The notes under the pieces were generated by a model that was not told where the DNA came from, did not search any database, and saw nothing but the letters and a program-made list of their open reading frames with translations. Shown here in pieces: positions 12,994 to 26,295 of a stretch of 64,000 nt of DNA. Location: contig NC_043005.1 of the NCBI RefSeq assembly GCF_006345805.1, positions 22,754,001 to 22,818,000 of the forward strand, in the 5' to 3' direction. The stretch comes from Octopus sinensis. Taxonomy: Eukaryota. Position numbers and translations under genes: made by a program. How positions within the stretch are numbered: the first letter of the stretch is position 1; each line of letters opens with the position of its first letter.

Positions 12994-13119
12994 CTGAAAA
13001 GAAAGAAAGAATAAGACACATTAGAAATAATATGAATTAACTGTCGACAGTTTAATGTAAATTGATATTAGATATTATATGGCCTTGTGCCAAAATTTGA
13101 AACCGATATTAGATATTAT

Positions 13120-13295
13120 AAAAGGTGGCAGAAATGTTAGCACGTCTTTACATTCTGGGTTGAAATTCCACTGAGGTCGACTTTGCCTTTCATCCTTTCA
13201 GGGTCAATAAATTAAGTACCAGTTGCGTACTGGAGTCGATCTAATCGACTGGCCCCCTCCACAAAAATTTTGGGCATTGTGCCTAGAGCAGAAAA
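13120..13295 (+). mobile_element. SINE (Nin-domain-like octopus family); related copies at ~22070-22225(-), 46865-47075(-), 47135-47345(-)
   Basis: Shared core ggtcgactttgcctttcatcctt...aattaagtaccag in all copies. Confidence 0.75.
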
Positions 13296-13580
13296 AAATA
13301 TTAGATATTATAAACAATAAATTGAAACAAAAAAAAGAAGAAAAGATCTACTAAAGCATCTGTCACTTTCTATGTGACTAATCTGCATTGCAATCGATTC
13401 TACCGTCACCTAATAATTGACAGGTATGTGGTTCAAATCCTATCTGTGAGCCTGTTTTTCTTTTTTTTCGTTTTTACTTACATTTTGCTCTAGATAAAGG
13501 AGTAGTATCCATAACCTTTGCAGGACCTCTGGCATCAGTGTAATTGTAATTGATGCAATTAACATCTTAAATTAATACCA

Positions 13581-13744
13581 CAGGGTGCAGCAGAAAGACT
13601 GCCCAATTTTCAAGGTTAATAAAATACAAACACATGAAGATGCATGAAAAAAGATTGGGCATCACCACTTGCTTTTTCTTGTACTTTCATGTGTTTGTTT
13701 TTTATTAACCTTTAACATCAGGGTAACCTTTCTGCTACACTCTG
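13581..13744. mobile_element. Tc1/mariner-type palindromic MITE
   Basis: Termini cagggtgcagcagaaag ... ctttctgctacactctg|ta, with internal arms also complementary. Confidence 0.65.
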
Positions 13745-13769
13745 TATTTAAAATGCTGTCTTATAGGTG

Positions 13770-14150
13770 CAGGCATGACTATGAGATTAAAAGCTTGCTT
13801 ATCAACCACATGGTTCCAGATTCAGTGACACCGTGTGGCATCTTGGGCAAGCATCTTCCACCATAGCATCAGGTCCACCAAAGCATTGTTAGTGGATTTG
13901 GTAGAGAGAAACTGAAAGAAGCCCATCATGTCTGTGTGTCTGTGTTTCTCCCCTACCACCACTTGACAACCAGTGTTTGTGTGTTTACATTCACATAATT
14001 TAGCAGATCAGCAAAAGAGATTGATAGAATGAGCACCATGCATAATAAAAAGAGTACTGGGGTCAATACATTTGACTAAACACCTTCTAGGTGATTCCCC
14101 AACATGGCAGCAGTCTAATTAATGACTGAAACAAATAGAAGATAAATGAA
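13770..14150 (+). mobile_element. Degenerate tRNA-headed SINE
   Basis: gcaggcatgact head, ttgggcaag core, gagtactggggtc tail. Confidence 0.6.
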
Positions 14151-14333
14151 AAAAAGGATTATTTATATAACCATTAACAGTATAGTAGACATAATTCTGA
14201 AGTGTTTCTGTAAATTAAATCCTACAGGAAATGCATTGGCCATTGAAAATTTGCCTCAATGAACTGTCTGACACATGCAAGTATAAAAAAGTGGATACTA
14301 AAATATGTGAGTACATATATAGATAATATACAT

Positions 14334-14385
<52 letters not shown>

Positions 14386-14439
14386 TCATTCTTTCTTTTA
14401 ACTTTTAGTTTGTTTTAGACTGGCCACCTTCCTGAAAAA

Positions 14440-15000
14440 GGAAATTGTCATCATCTCGTGTAAGTGCATATCCTTTGAATTATGAGAATGTTTTACAAAT
14501 TTTGAAGGCTCCAGATATCACAAACACTTGTAGCTGATGAATTAAGGGGCTATGTTGTTTCTTCAGAAATCCAAGACCAAGTTATACTTTATCCAGGCAG
14601 GCTGGTATGTAATCTGTAGCTCCAACAATAACAAGTATGGAGATAAATGTGCATCTTGCATATTGGATCGGAAAACTTCTCATCAATGGTCTTTAAGTAT
14701 CTTCCCTCTTTTGCATTTTTCTTACCAAACTGACATCAAGTGGGCAACTGGTTTTCTATGACAAAGCGTGCTTATAATGAGTGTTCACAAGCAATAATAT
14801 CAGGCTGGCTGCAGTTTTTATTTTTAGGTTCTACCAGTTTTCCTTTGAGCTGTCTGTCTCAGCACTTTCCTTTTTATTTTTGTCTTCTGCAAGGGCATTC
14901 CATTTTGTTCTAGCTAACACATCATGTCTCATAGGGAAGTAGTAATGAGACAACATTCTTTCACAGTTGGCAATAATGTGGCTAACATGCTCAATTTTAT
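14440..15000 (-). mobile_element. Degenerate RLE-type LINE 3' region
   Basis: Minus-strand IVGATDYIPACLDK, resembling the IIGALG C-terminal motif. Confidence 0.4.
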
Positions 15001-15029
15001 TTTGCACAACTGATATTTTTTGTCAACTG

Positions 15030-16191
15030 ATAACCTTCCTTTTGCCATCTTTGTAGGAACTTCATTATTCCACATTCATAGAACTTCAGGTCCTTATCAG
15101 CCATAAACTGAAGCAAGTGCAAATTCTGTTCATCATCATTGTTGAAAGTTTTAACATTCAAAGAATTTTGCAAATTTCGAAATAAGTGGTAATCTGTTGG
15201 TGCAAGGTCAGTGCTATATGGTGAATGTGACATCACTTCCCAGCCAAGCTCCAATAATTTTTCACAAGTTAGCAAAGATGTGCATGGCCTAGTGTTGTCA
15301 CGGTGGAACTTAATATCTTTAAGATTTGACAATTCTGGCCATTTTTTGTTGACTGCTTCCTCTTGTTTCATTAGTTGTTGACAGTAAACATCTGTATTGA
15401 TCGTTTGGTTCTTTGGAAGCAGCTCCAAATACACAACACCTTTGTAATCCCACAAAATTGACAGCATGACCTTTTTTTGATGCAATTCTGTTTTTGATGT
15501 GGTTTGTGCTGGTTCATTACGCTTGGACCATGATCATTTTCGATTGATGTTATTGTAGACAATCCATTTTTCATCATCAGTGATGATTCTGTTCAAAATA
15601 AGGTCGATTTCATTACGTTCAGATGCATATCACAAATATTGATTCATTGTGTTAAGTGAATCTCTTTCAATTTCTGTGGAACCCAAATATTGTGCTTCTT
15701 AACAAGTCCAAGACATTTTAAGTGATTTTCAGTTGTTATGATATATTTAACCTCTCTACACAGTTATGACATTTAGATTCAATTATGGCTTTGATTCGGT
15801 CATCATCAATTTCAGTAGGTCGACCAGAACGTTGGTCATCTTTGAGTGAAAAATCTCCTGAACATAATTTTTAAAACCTCTCTGTGATGTGCATTCTGTT
15901 AAGCAATCAATACCATAAACTTCACATATCTCTTTGTGAGCCTCAGCAGCTTTCTTGCCTTTACGAAAATAAAAAAGCAAAATATGGCAAAAATGTTCGT
16001 TTTTGCACTCAATGTTAAAATTGACATTGAACTAACAGCTGTAAACAAAATTATGTGCAATTTGCTTCTAAAATAAAGTAAAAGTAAAAGCTGTCAAAAG
16101 GAAAAAAGTCATGACACTGACAAAAGTCATTCAAAACAGTCGTAACTTTATCTGTTTACAAAAACAAAATTACTTTCTTGCCAACCCAGTA
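15030..16191 (-). mobile_element. Mariner (DD34D) transposon, degenerate; 5' TIR at ~16163-16189
   Basis: HTH MLFYFRKGKKAAEAHKEICEVYG and catalytic motifs ITDDEKW, FHRDNTRP and SPYSTDLAPTDYHLF. TIR ta|ctgggttggcaagaaagtaat. Frameshifted. Confidence 0.9.
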
Positions 16192-16289
16192 TGTGATGTA
16201 ACACTATGTATGTATGTCTCTTCTGTTTTTCATCATTTAAATTTCTCCTCTGAAGAAGGATCTAGTTTCTAACAATGATACAAAACTCC

Positions 16290-16584
16290 ATCTTTGGAAT
16301 GTATATAACAAAAATAATGTCACATTTTAAATCTGAGAAAGGTCTTTCATAGTTTTTTGTTCCACTTACAGATTGTATTTGTAATGTATGAATCAGGTGG
16401 TTGATTGCTTTTTCTGAAAGTTCAAGCTTATCCAGACTGACAGTTAGGCATTTACTTACAAAACCAAGTGCTCCAATTATTATTGGTATAAATATAAATT
16501 TGTAATTGGGATATAGAAACGGAAAGTTTAGAAGTAGTTGTCTATAGTTATCCTCTTTTTCTTTGATTTTCAGGATGTAAGTAC
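16290..16584 (-). mobile_element. RLE-type LINE C-terminus truncated by the Tx1 tail
   Basis: KIKEKEDNY...FIPIIIGALGFVSKCL...LQIQSVSGT. Confidence 0.65.

Positions 16585-16585
<1 letters not shown>

Positions 16586-16677
<92 letters not shown>
16586..16677. repeat. (GATA)n microsatellite, read as the (TATC)n tail of the Tx1 element
   Basis: Pure repeat starting a few nt after the minus-strand AATAAA (~16683-16688). Confidence 0.9.
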
Positions 16678-16678
<1 letters not shown>

Positions 16679-19600
16679 CTTTTTATTATAGCCACACAGG
16701 GCTAAACACAGAATAAAAATGGACGAAATACAATGTAGAATTTTTTCTTTTCGAGGTGGGATGGGTGGGGTACAAAAAAAACGTTTGATCAATAGGGATC
16801 TGTGGGTTGTGTGGTGTATAAAAAAGCAATATATATATATATATATAAGGTTCACAGTTTAGATGTAGCCTTGGAAAGAAAAACCTACAAAAAAGACCAA
16901 GGTCACCTCAGACAGTTCGAAAATGAACACATGAGTAAGTCGCCTTACTTCTCGTTGTCTCTTTTGGTTACAGATTTATGCTTAAAATAGTGTCGTCTTT
17001 CATACTGACCATTTTTGCCACTTTTACCCACTTTTTATCAAAACATTCGTTCGACAAAGCCTTCCTCTCTATTCTCATTCTCCTTTTCAAGTGGTACTTG
17101 AAAAAGTTGACGAGAGACTGACCAGAGAGGAAGGTGTTTGTTTGTAGTCCTTTCAAACGTGTCCACCACACACATTCTTTCGCCATAGCCATCAGCGTGA
17201 CGGAAACCGTTTTCCCTTCTCGTTTAAAGGAAGGTGGTGGAACAATATAGACGATAGACTCGGCCGATAGGCAGGCCCGACCTACACGTGACAACAGCTG
17301 TTCGACGAAGGTCCACAGCTCTGAAATATCTGGACACTGCACGAGTACGTGCAGAACGGTTTCGTCGCTCTGATCGCATCTCGGGCAGGTCTGTTCGGTG
17401 ATGGTTTTCGAACCGTGTCTGTAGCTCTTCTCTCGAACAGGTAGTGCATCTCGATAGCACTGCCAAGCCAGGGATTTCTGGAAGTTATCCATAGGCCCCG
17501 GCCAGAACGTCGTCCTGAACAGGCGGGTTAGGAATTTTTCGTCGACGCCCAGGTTTGCCCCGAGTGTGTCGTCAGACCTCCCCTCCACTAGTCCTCTATA
17601 GAACGCTTTAGTCGTTTGTAAGTTGCACAAGTTTGACCCCGGTCGGCAGAGCTGCTGTAGAGCTTGGCGACACTCTCGGTGCCAATCGCCCAGTTTCGGT
17701 CTCTTCTTGATCCACGTTTGCAGTTCGGTCAGTGAGACGAGCTGCGGGAAGGCGCGCCTCACAAACGGCGCCCACACCTGTTCACCGTCGTCGATGAAGT
17801 TCCAGAGATGTTGCAGTCTCAGCGCATGCCTGCGCATCATCAACCATGGCATGCCCAGTCTTCCATTCAACGGATGTTGACAGCAAATGGACTTCCTCAC
17901 CATCGGAACGCCACTCTTCCACAGGAAGCGGAAGAGTATGCGTTCCAGTTTGGTGATGGTGGCGTCGGTACAAGGTACGACGGTCAGGCGGTAATCGATG
18001 ACGGATGCGATGTACGCGTTCGCCACCTCCGCCCGGCGTTTTAGAGACAGCTTTCTCTCGGCCCATGTTTGGCTGAGAGCGACCACTCTATTCGTGATCT
18101 CGTCCCAGTTCTTATCCATTTGGAGGTCCGGACTGAACCAGACCCCGAGCAATTTAACCGGTCCGTTCGTCCAGCGTCCCACTACTGAGCCGCAGTCGGA
18201 CGGCATGGGCTTGCTTCTTCAGGTGCCGAATAGCAAACCCACTGACTTTTCCGGGTTAATCTTCGCTCCCGTCACCGTTTCGTATTTTCTTAGTGTCTCG
18301 CCTATCATCTGGATGTGTTTGTCGCTCGACACTATGACGGTGACATCGTCCGCATATGCCGACACGCTCGTCCCGCAACCCAGTTCCCGTGGGATGCCCC
18401 TCAGTGTCGCCAGCTTCCGCAGTAGCGGCTCGAGAGTCAATACATACAGAAGCGCCGACAGGGGACACCCCTGACGGACCGATAGCTTGATGTCAAACGG
18501 TTTCGACAGGTGACCGTTCACCCGAATCACCGTTCGGATGCCGCTATACAAGGCAGCGATCCAACCGCGGAAGACGGGACTGAAGCCAGCCGCCCTGAGG
18601 ACGGCCGCCAAGTACCGATGGTCGACCCTATCGAAGGCTTTAGACTGATCCAAATTGATCAGCGCCCCACCCATGCCAGGATGATTAACTACCCTGTCCA
18701 CAATTTAGCGCATCAGATGGAGGTTGTCATGTATGGTTCTGCCCGGCACGGCGCATGTTTGCGCCCTGTCGACCAGTTTACCAATGACAAGCGCCAACCT
18801 CTCGGCTATTACTTTGGCCAAAATTTTCAAATCTACGTTGAGCAGAGTGATGGGCCTGAAATTATCTATAAAATTCCCCTTGTTTGGGTCTTTCTTTAGC
18901 AAAGTCACTGCACCTCGGCTCACGAAACCGGGGATTCTCCCGTTTTGTTGCCAGTTGCAGTAGACTGATGCCAAGAGGTCGCCAAACAAGTCTGGCATTT
19001 GACAATACAGCTCGTAGGGTAAACCATCCAATCCAGGCGACTTATTCCTCGCGCAGCCTGCCATCGCATCCCGCACGTCAGCGGCTGTGATGAGACTTTC
19101 ACAACACTCCGCTTCTCTTGCAGGTCGGTCAGGTAGGCACTGAAATCCATCCCGCGTTCCGACCCACCACTCGCACCAAACAGTCGAGCAAAGTGCTGTT
19201 GAAAGGCCTCACACATCCTTTCGGGTTCGAGTAAACCGCATCACTGTTGATCTATTAGAGACCGAATGGTGGCTCTGTTGCCACGCTGCGCCTCCGCTAC
19301 CCGGGCCTCTCACGCAGCTTCGATCCCTTCGTTCCTTAAAGCACGCATTTTAGCTCTGACGACGCAACCTTCGTGCTTGGCGTTGAGGTGTTGGTCGAGG
19401 GCCATCCTCGCAGCCAGCACGTTGGTTGCTCTGCCAGTGGTAAGTGTCTCTTCTAGTTTCTTAACCAGGTCTCCCTCTACTCTATTTCGATCTATCGCTA
19501 ATTCCTTGCTAAACCTAATTGATTTCGATTTTATTGCCATTTTCAGGGCGTACCACCAGCGGTTGTTAACGACGGCTCCCGTCAGCGCCCTCTTAATTAA

Positions 19601-22050
19601 CTCGCTAATCCGGTTCCTGTAAACCTGTCGCGCTAAGAGCGACATGTTCAGTTTCCAGTAATCGGGACCCTGTCTATGTGTCTTATCTAAGTCGAGCGTA
19701 CACGTCACAAATTTGTGATCTGTGTAGCTGACTATTTTAAATTGTGGACATCCTACACTATCCCTATCCGCTGTCCTGCATAGAATTCTATCTAGATAAG
19801 ATCTCGACGACCCGACGCGGTTTGTCCAAGTCCACGTTGGCACGTTCGGATGGTCGAGTCGGAACCTGTCAGACAAATGGAAACGTCTGAGTAGGTCTTT
19901 GAGGCACTTACACCCCCTTCTATTCCTATCCATTCCCACATAATCTAGATGCGTGTCCAGGGTAGCGTTCCAATCCCCTACTAACAGTAAAGGTCTAGAC
20001 GTACCCAGGAAAACCTCTAGACGTCTGAAGAAATCCGCCCGACCCGTTAAGGACGGTGCATAAACTGCCATCAGACGGAATGCACACCCATTTCTGCCAT
20101 CCACGTCCAAGAAAACCAGCCTACCCTCCGGGTCTAGGAATATTGTTCTTACTTTTACATTTAGACTCTTTCGAAAAAGCACTGCGGTACCTCCACCACC
20201 CATGTTCGGCAGACAAGGAGAAAAATAAATGTCAAATTGATCGCCAAACATGGACGCGAGGGCCCGCGGCTTGCTGAGTCTAGTTTCACTGATAGCTACT
20301 ATATCCACGTTCAGTGACTTGATGTCGTTTAGAAGGTAACCTTGCTTCCAAGCCGACGCCAAGCCACGCGCATTCACGCAACCTAATTTAAGCATAATTG
20401 ACGTTTACGAAAATTGTGTTTCCCACACTACATTGGAAGAGACAAGAGGCAAGAGGGAAGGTCACTTACTCATTTTGAAAGTTTCAGTTTTTTCTTCTTT
20501 TGTAGTGTCTTTGATGAGGTGTTTGTATAGTTTTTTGGAGAGGTATCGTTGAAACCCGCCTACCGCATTTGGAAATATTGTTTTCAGTGTATGGCGTTGT
20601 GTTTGTGTTATGTGTACAATTCTTATGTGTTTCGGTGGTGTGGTGCGCGGATGATTGTTTGTCTTAAAGTCAGCTTCACAGATGTCCGTGTTGGATGCAA
20701 TGTAATCCATTAATTTTTTATTGTCTGTGTCTATTGCAGTTAGTTGTGTGTGTGGTTTTGCGGGTTCATTGATTTTTTGATTGCCTAGGGGGATGCTGTC
20801 CGGAGTTAAATATCTCCCTGCTTTACTTCCTTGTTTGGTGGTTTTTTTTATCTTTTCCTTTTACCCCCTGTGCTATTTGCCATTCCGTCGAACTTTCATC
20901 ATCCGACGAATCAGAAGGAGGTAAAGGCAAAGCATTTGCGTTAATATGTATGCTTGTAGAAATTGTTGATGTTTTGTGCGGTATTTGTGTTGTTGTGGTG
21001 TTAGGGGTAGAATTTGTCTTCTTGTCACTGTTTTCTGTCTTTTTAATTGTCGTCCTCGGTGTTGGTGTTGGTCTATCTTTTGGTTCAGCATGCTGAATTG
21101 TTTGCGGCGTCAACAGTGATTGTGTTGGTACTGTTTCTTTTCTTGGTGATGTTGTTGGGGTTTGTTTGCTGGTTTGTTGTTTTTCTTGGCATTGTTCCAT
21201 AATTGAATGTGTTGGTGTTGGTGTTGGTGTTGGCAACAAAGGTTTTTTTATTTGTTTTCTGATTTGTTCTTTCTTGTTTTTTCTGTGCCAGAGCGCACTT
21301 GGCAATTAAATGTTCTGGGCTGTCACAGTTGTAGCATCTAGGCTTTTTGCCTTCTGCTACAACATATAGGCTTTGCCCATTTTCTAAGTGGATCCTATCA
21401 GGTAGGTTCTCGATAGAGGACCCCTCAATCTGGATGGTCACTACTATTGTTTTTCTACCCCAATTGTCGTTTCTGTATACGGCAATCTCTAAAATATTTA
21501 TATTTTTCAAATGGTAACAGATTGCCCCTGTTATCCATTTGTTAGGAATCTCGGGGGGTACATTGTAATAGTAATTCTACTCACTCTCTGGCCTTTGTAA
21601 TAAGGTACCATGATGATTTCCTCATTTTGCAAAGACTCCGTAGAGTGAGCTTTTGCCATTTCCTGGTTAGGGAAGCGGACCACCACTGTATTAAACTGGG
21701 GACCCCAGTTTATATATTCTTTTTTTTTCATTATGCTTTTTAAACACTTTTCTATGTCCGTTTTTGTAATCTGTTCATTTTGTTTTTTGTTTTTTCTTAT
21801 AATTTTATATATAATTGTCTTATTTTCTATTTGTTCCTTTAAGTGTTGAGGTGTATGCAGCACAAAATCCTGCCCTTGGGTTGTAAAGAGTGCTCTCGTT
21901 TCTATTAACTCTTCATTCGTAAATTTTACTATTTCTTTTTTCTGACGCAGAGTGTCAGCGAAATTTACTGGTGTTGTTGATTCTTTTATATTAACGTCTT
22001 CACTATGAGATAGTAAGATATTTATTTCATTTTTATTGTTGTTCTTGTTG
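16678..22050 (-). mobile_element. Tx1/L1-clade non-LTR retrotransposon: ORF1 (CCHC) and ORF2 (APE endonuclease-RT-Cys), several frameshifts
   Basis: ORF1 knuckle CYNCDSPEHLIAKC. Endonuclease NARG, SET, GDWN, TDH. RT KSPGLDGL, NFRPITLLN, DQSKAFD, RQGCPLS, YADD. C-terminal CPRC...HVLVQC. Confidence 0.95.
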
Positions 22051-22228
22051 TTGTTGTTTTTGTTAGATCAACCCCAGTACCCAACTAGTAATTAATTCAC
22101 CAACCCCGAAAGGATGAATGGCAAAGTCGACCTCAGCAGAATTTTAACTGATAATGTAAAAACAGACAAAATACCGCTAAACATTTTGCTCGGCAGGATA
22201 GCACTTCTGCCAGCTCACCGCCTTATCC

Positions 22229-22244
22229 ACACACACACACACAC

Positions 22245-22335
<91 letters not shown>
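22229..22335. repeat. (CA)n(TA)n compound microsatellite
   Basis: Directly visible in the sequence. Confidence 0.95.
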
Positions 22336-22337
<2 letters not shown>

Positions 22338-22974
22338 AAACATATATACAATTTACAACTACACAAATACAAATGTTCTAACACACATGCACACACAAAA
22401 TATACCCTCACTCCCACATCTATACTCCTCCACAAGTACAGAGGCCCGCACATCCTACATAGAGTTACTGTTGCTGGTGTTGTTTAACCCTCAGCGAGCC
22501 TTAACTGAACAGACCTATGATCAAAAGCATTCCAACCATGACCATTTTATCTTTTTCCTGAGGGAGACAGGGGCACAATATTTTATCCTTTCCTGAAACA
22601 ATAATGAGTGATTTGAAAAATATTTGGATGCTATTTTTAGCAGATTGAGTAACCACCTAGAAGCTTCTTTGTTAAAGCTTTACCACACATGGTGGTTAAA
22701 TATTCAAAAGATCAATGGCTTTTGGCAATTATTTCCAGATGGCTTTTTAAAAACCATCTGGAAATAATTTGTTTAACTAAAATCTTAAAATAATGAAATT
22801 CTAAAAATACAACAATATTTAGCAAAAAACAAAATGAACATCCTGAAACACAACAATATTCTAAAGATATATCTGTTAATTATTTCATGCACATGCATGC
22901 AAACACACACACACATACACACATAAATATATATACACTTACAGACATACACACAGACCTATATAGACACTTGA

Positions 22975-23300
22975 TAAAAGAATCAGTAATAGAGTACACA
23001 TGAACAAGAGACTTTTCTAAAGTATGTGCTCTGGCTTATAATCTTTTAACCTATGAGGGATTAACTATGATGTCAAGTGGAAAATCCTTTCTAAAGCCAA
23101 ACCCTATAAGAACGGGTCAAAAAGATGTTCAATATGTTCTCTCAAAAACTATATCTTTTAAAGAACTAAAGACCCTCCAATGACTATGTAAATTCCAGGA
23201 ATGAGATTTTTTCTTTATGTCCACACTTAAAAGAATGTATCTCGGTGCAATTTGAAGATAAACCACCAGACATCTTCAGCCATTCCCATCTGGTTTACGT
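22975..23300 (+). mobile_element. Penelope-like element GIY-YIG C-terminal remnant
   Basis: GINYDVKWKILSKAKPYKNGSKRCSIC, typical of PLE endonuclease C-termini. Confidence 0.6.
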
Positions 23301-24639
23301 ATTTTTGACATATGTTCATTGTAACGTTGGTTATCTCCCCTGTGTTTTCCTATTTGTTTCTTTCTGTTTTCTTCCTTGTGAGTGTTCTTTGTTCAAATAT
23401 CTCCTGCTTTGAGCACAACTGACAAACTGTCTTGTTTATATCAACTTGAAAAATGGCAAAATAGATTTCTTTCAACCAAGAAACCCTGGGTGACTGTATT
23501 TCACAAGACTTGAAAATTTTCATTATAGCATTAGCTTTACTCTCTTACTTGACCTTCTACTTGTTGAAGCCTCATCAAACATAATCATCATCATCATCAT
23601 CACCCTCATTGTTTAACATCTGCCTTTCATACTGGTATGAGCTGGACAGGCTAACAGAAGTTGGTCAGGCAGGGGCCTGTACCTGACATCTGTGTCTGTT
23701 TTGGCACACTTTTTAAAGCTGGTTGCCCTTCTTAACACCGACCATCCAGCAGAGTGGGCAGAGTGCTTTTTGCGTGGCACAAGCACAGACAAGGTGTGGA
23801 CTGAATGTTTTTTGAAAAGCACCAACACTGGCAGGGTCACCAAATAACTTGCAAGGCAAAGATCTTTTGAGAGGAGAGAAAGCATTGACGGAGGAAGACA
23901 AAGACCCTTTGAGAGGATGGGGAACTGGTGGAGGTAATCTTGTGTCAGATGATGAACGGTTTGAGTGTGATGGAAAGACAGAGAGTGAGAAACAGGGGTC
24001 TTCTTGTAGAGGATGTATATAGTTACCTGGAGATAGAGAGAGGTCAAGAACAAGGACAGAAACAGGTGTGCTACCGTAAAGGAGATACATGACTATCCAG
24101 CCTGATTGAAGAGCAAGAGAAAGATAGAGAGAATGGGAGATAGCAAGTGTGCAAGAGAGAACAGGAGAGAGATGGTGGTGAAGTGCCAAGGCATACTCAC
24201 AAGGAATGGGGATCAGATTATAAATGAGATGATACAGTTCTATATTTTAGAGATGAGAAATTATGTACATTATTTACATTTGATGGATATTTGTCCTCAT
24301 CTTGTTTGTTGTTAACACAAATGAGATGGTAAGGTAAAGGAAAAGAGAGATAGGCTGTGGCAAGTGCCAGGGCATAACGTAAAGGTATGGAGGTCATAAT
24401 ATAAGTGGCAGGGTATTGCCAAAGAAGCATAAGGGCCAAGAGTAGTGCAGTGACTGGTGAAAACCTGGGATGGCAAATGTACAGTGAGCAGGGCCGTGAG
24501 GAGAGGATTGGGGAGTGAGAGGTAAGCCTAGTGCATGAAAGAGGAAATGTGAGGAAGAGATATAGTTTGGTTTGTTGGGGTAGCGTGTGTGGAAAGTTTT
24601 ATAGTTGCATGTGAGTGGAACACACAGTGCTTCTAGAAC

Positions 24640-25005
24640 TCAGTCTCGCTTCTTAAGAACCTCATATCACCTGACATCTTGATCCAATGTCATTTCCTCT
24701 GTGAAGCCCAACGCCCAGAGATCGGTCCCCACCACTTCATTCTATGTCTTCCTGGGTCTCCCTCTTCCACAGGCACCATCCACTTTCAGTGAGCAACATT
24801 TCTTTATACAGCTGTCTTCATTCATATGCATCACATGTCCAAAGCAATGTAATCTTCTCTCTTGTATACTGCATTTGATTTCTCTTATGCCCAACTTTTA
24901 TCTCAAGACATTTTCACTTTGTTGTACATGTGCAATAATGTTGCACATCCAACAGAGCATACAACATTCATTTCTCTCTAGTCGATGCATGTCTTCTGCA
25001 TTCCT
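24640..25005 (-). mobile_element. RTE-like LINE 3' fragment
   Basis: Degenerate ERNE..MLCWMCNI and GRPRKT.NEVV..DL..LG motifs. Confidence 0.6.
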
Positions 25006-25400
25006 GTGTGATCTTAGTGCTTATTGTTCCTGCACCTCTGCCACAGAAGACACAGAAGACACAGAAGACACAGAATAACAAATACAACCCAGCAGGATTA
25101 CTGATAAACAACTGTAATTACTGGAAGATCTACTACTTTCTGTGAGTAATTTGAATTTCCCTCAAAATAAGTTAAAGAATTCCAAACCTACAGTTTGGGA
25201 CAAAAATTTTAGAATCATAAATATCTCCATTTTTGTGTGAACATTTTGCCGTCACCTCTTCCTTGAGTATCAGATTATGTAAAATGCCTTTATTGTAACA
25301 ACACAATTAAATGCACGCTAAAAGTATGACACCACAATTAAATGCACGCGAAAAGTATGGACGTAAACACCAGCTAACCTTTATCTTCTTCTTGACATAC

Positions 25401-25830
25401 CTTTTATTGCAATTGCATTATTAAACACGCGGAGAATAAGAAGAAAAAAAAAGAAAAAGAAAAGAAAAATACTATTTATAGTTTTGCTCTGCTCGTACAT
25501 GACTCTATTCACAAGTACTGCTTATAGTCGGCCCCTCCTTTGATTTTTCTCAAAGTCAAGGTCACTGTTTCACAAGTTCCATCAACACTGTTGCGGTCAA
25601 TTTGAACTCTATTTGACCGACCGTTCTTCATCACACTTCATGAGCTATTTACTACTGCTGCTATCAGAATTTACTGCAGTTACTACTATCGCTACAATTA
25701 GAAACATTCAAGTTCACGATGAAACCGAAATATCTTTCTCCGGGTCTGAAGTATACCGGTGGCACCAACGAAAAATCCCTTTCTTTCTCTGTGCTGGGAG
25801 AAAAGAGAATTTACTATAAAAACAAACCCC
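25401..25830 (-). promoter_or_regulatory. Candidate promoter / first non-coding exon
   Basis: Non-repetitive, relatively CpG-retaining island. Strong AAG|gtatgt donor at 25401/25400. No ORF. Inference only. Confidence 0.3.
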
Positions 25831-26295
25831 CAGCCCTCCCTCCAACGTATAATTTACTTTAAAAAGAAATACTTTAAAAGGGAAAAACGTGAGAATAAAA
25901 AAGAAAAATTAATAATCTAATTTAACAATAGACAAAAACATGTGCCTTCTCGCACATAAACACAGTATTCAAACATGCGCAGATGCAATTATTGAAGTAC
26001 TAAATGGCACGTCAAGTGATATTTAATCGTGTGGAACATGTTACATGCATATCAATATTCTAAAGTTTGGACATACTATCCCTTATCCTAAAGCTGCTTC
26101 AGACAATTAGGAAGGGTTCCCGACTCGTTGCACCGTCTGCTTTCAATCTTGGATTGTGATTCGGCTCAGCCCAAACTCTCTCAGTTTTAGTCTGCTGTTG
26201 CCTACTCCTACAGGGATTGCACCTGTTTTTGTTCCTGATTTAACCCCGATTTGTCCTAGAGCCCATAGAGGATTGTTTTTAGTCAACCATCCATC

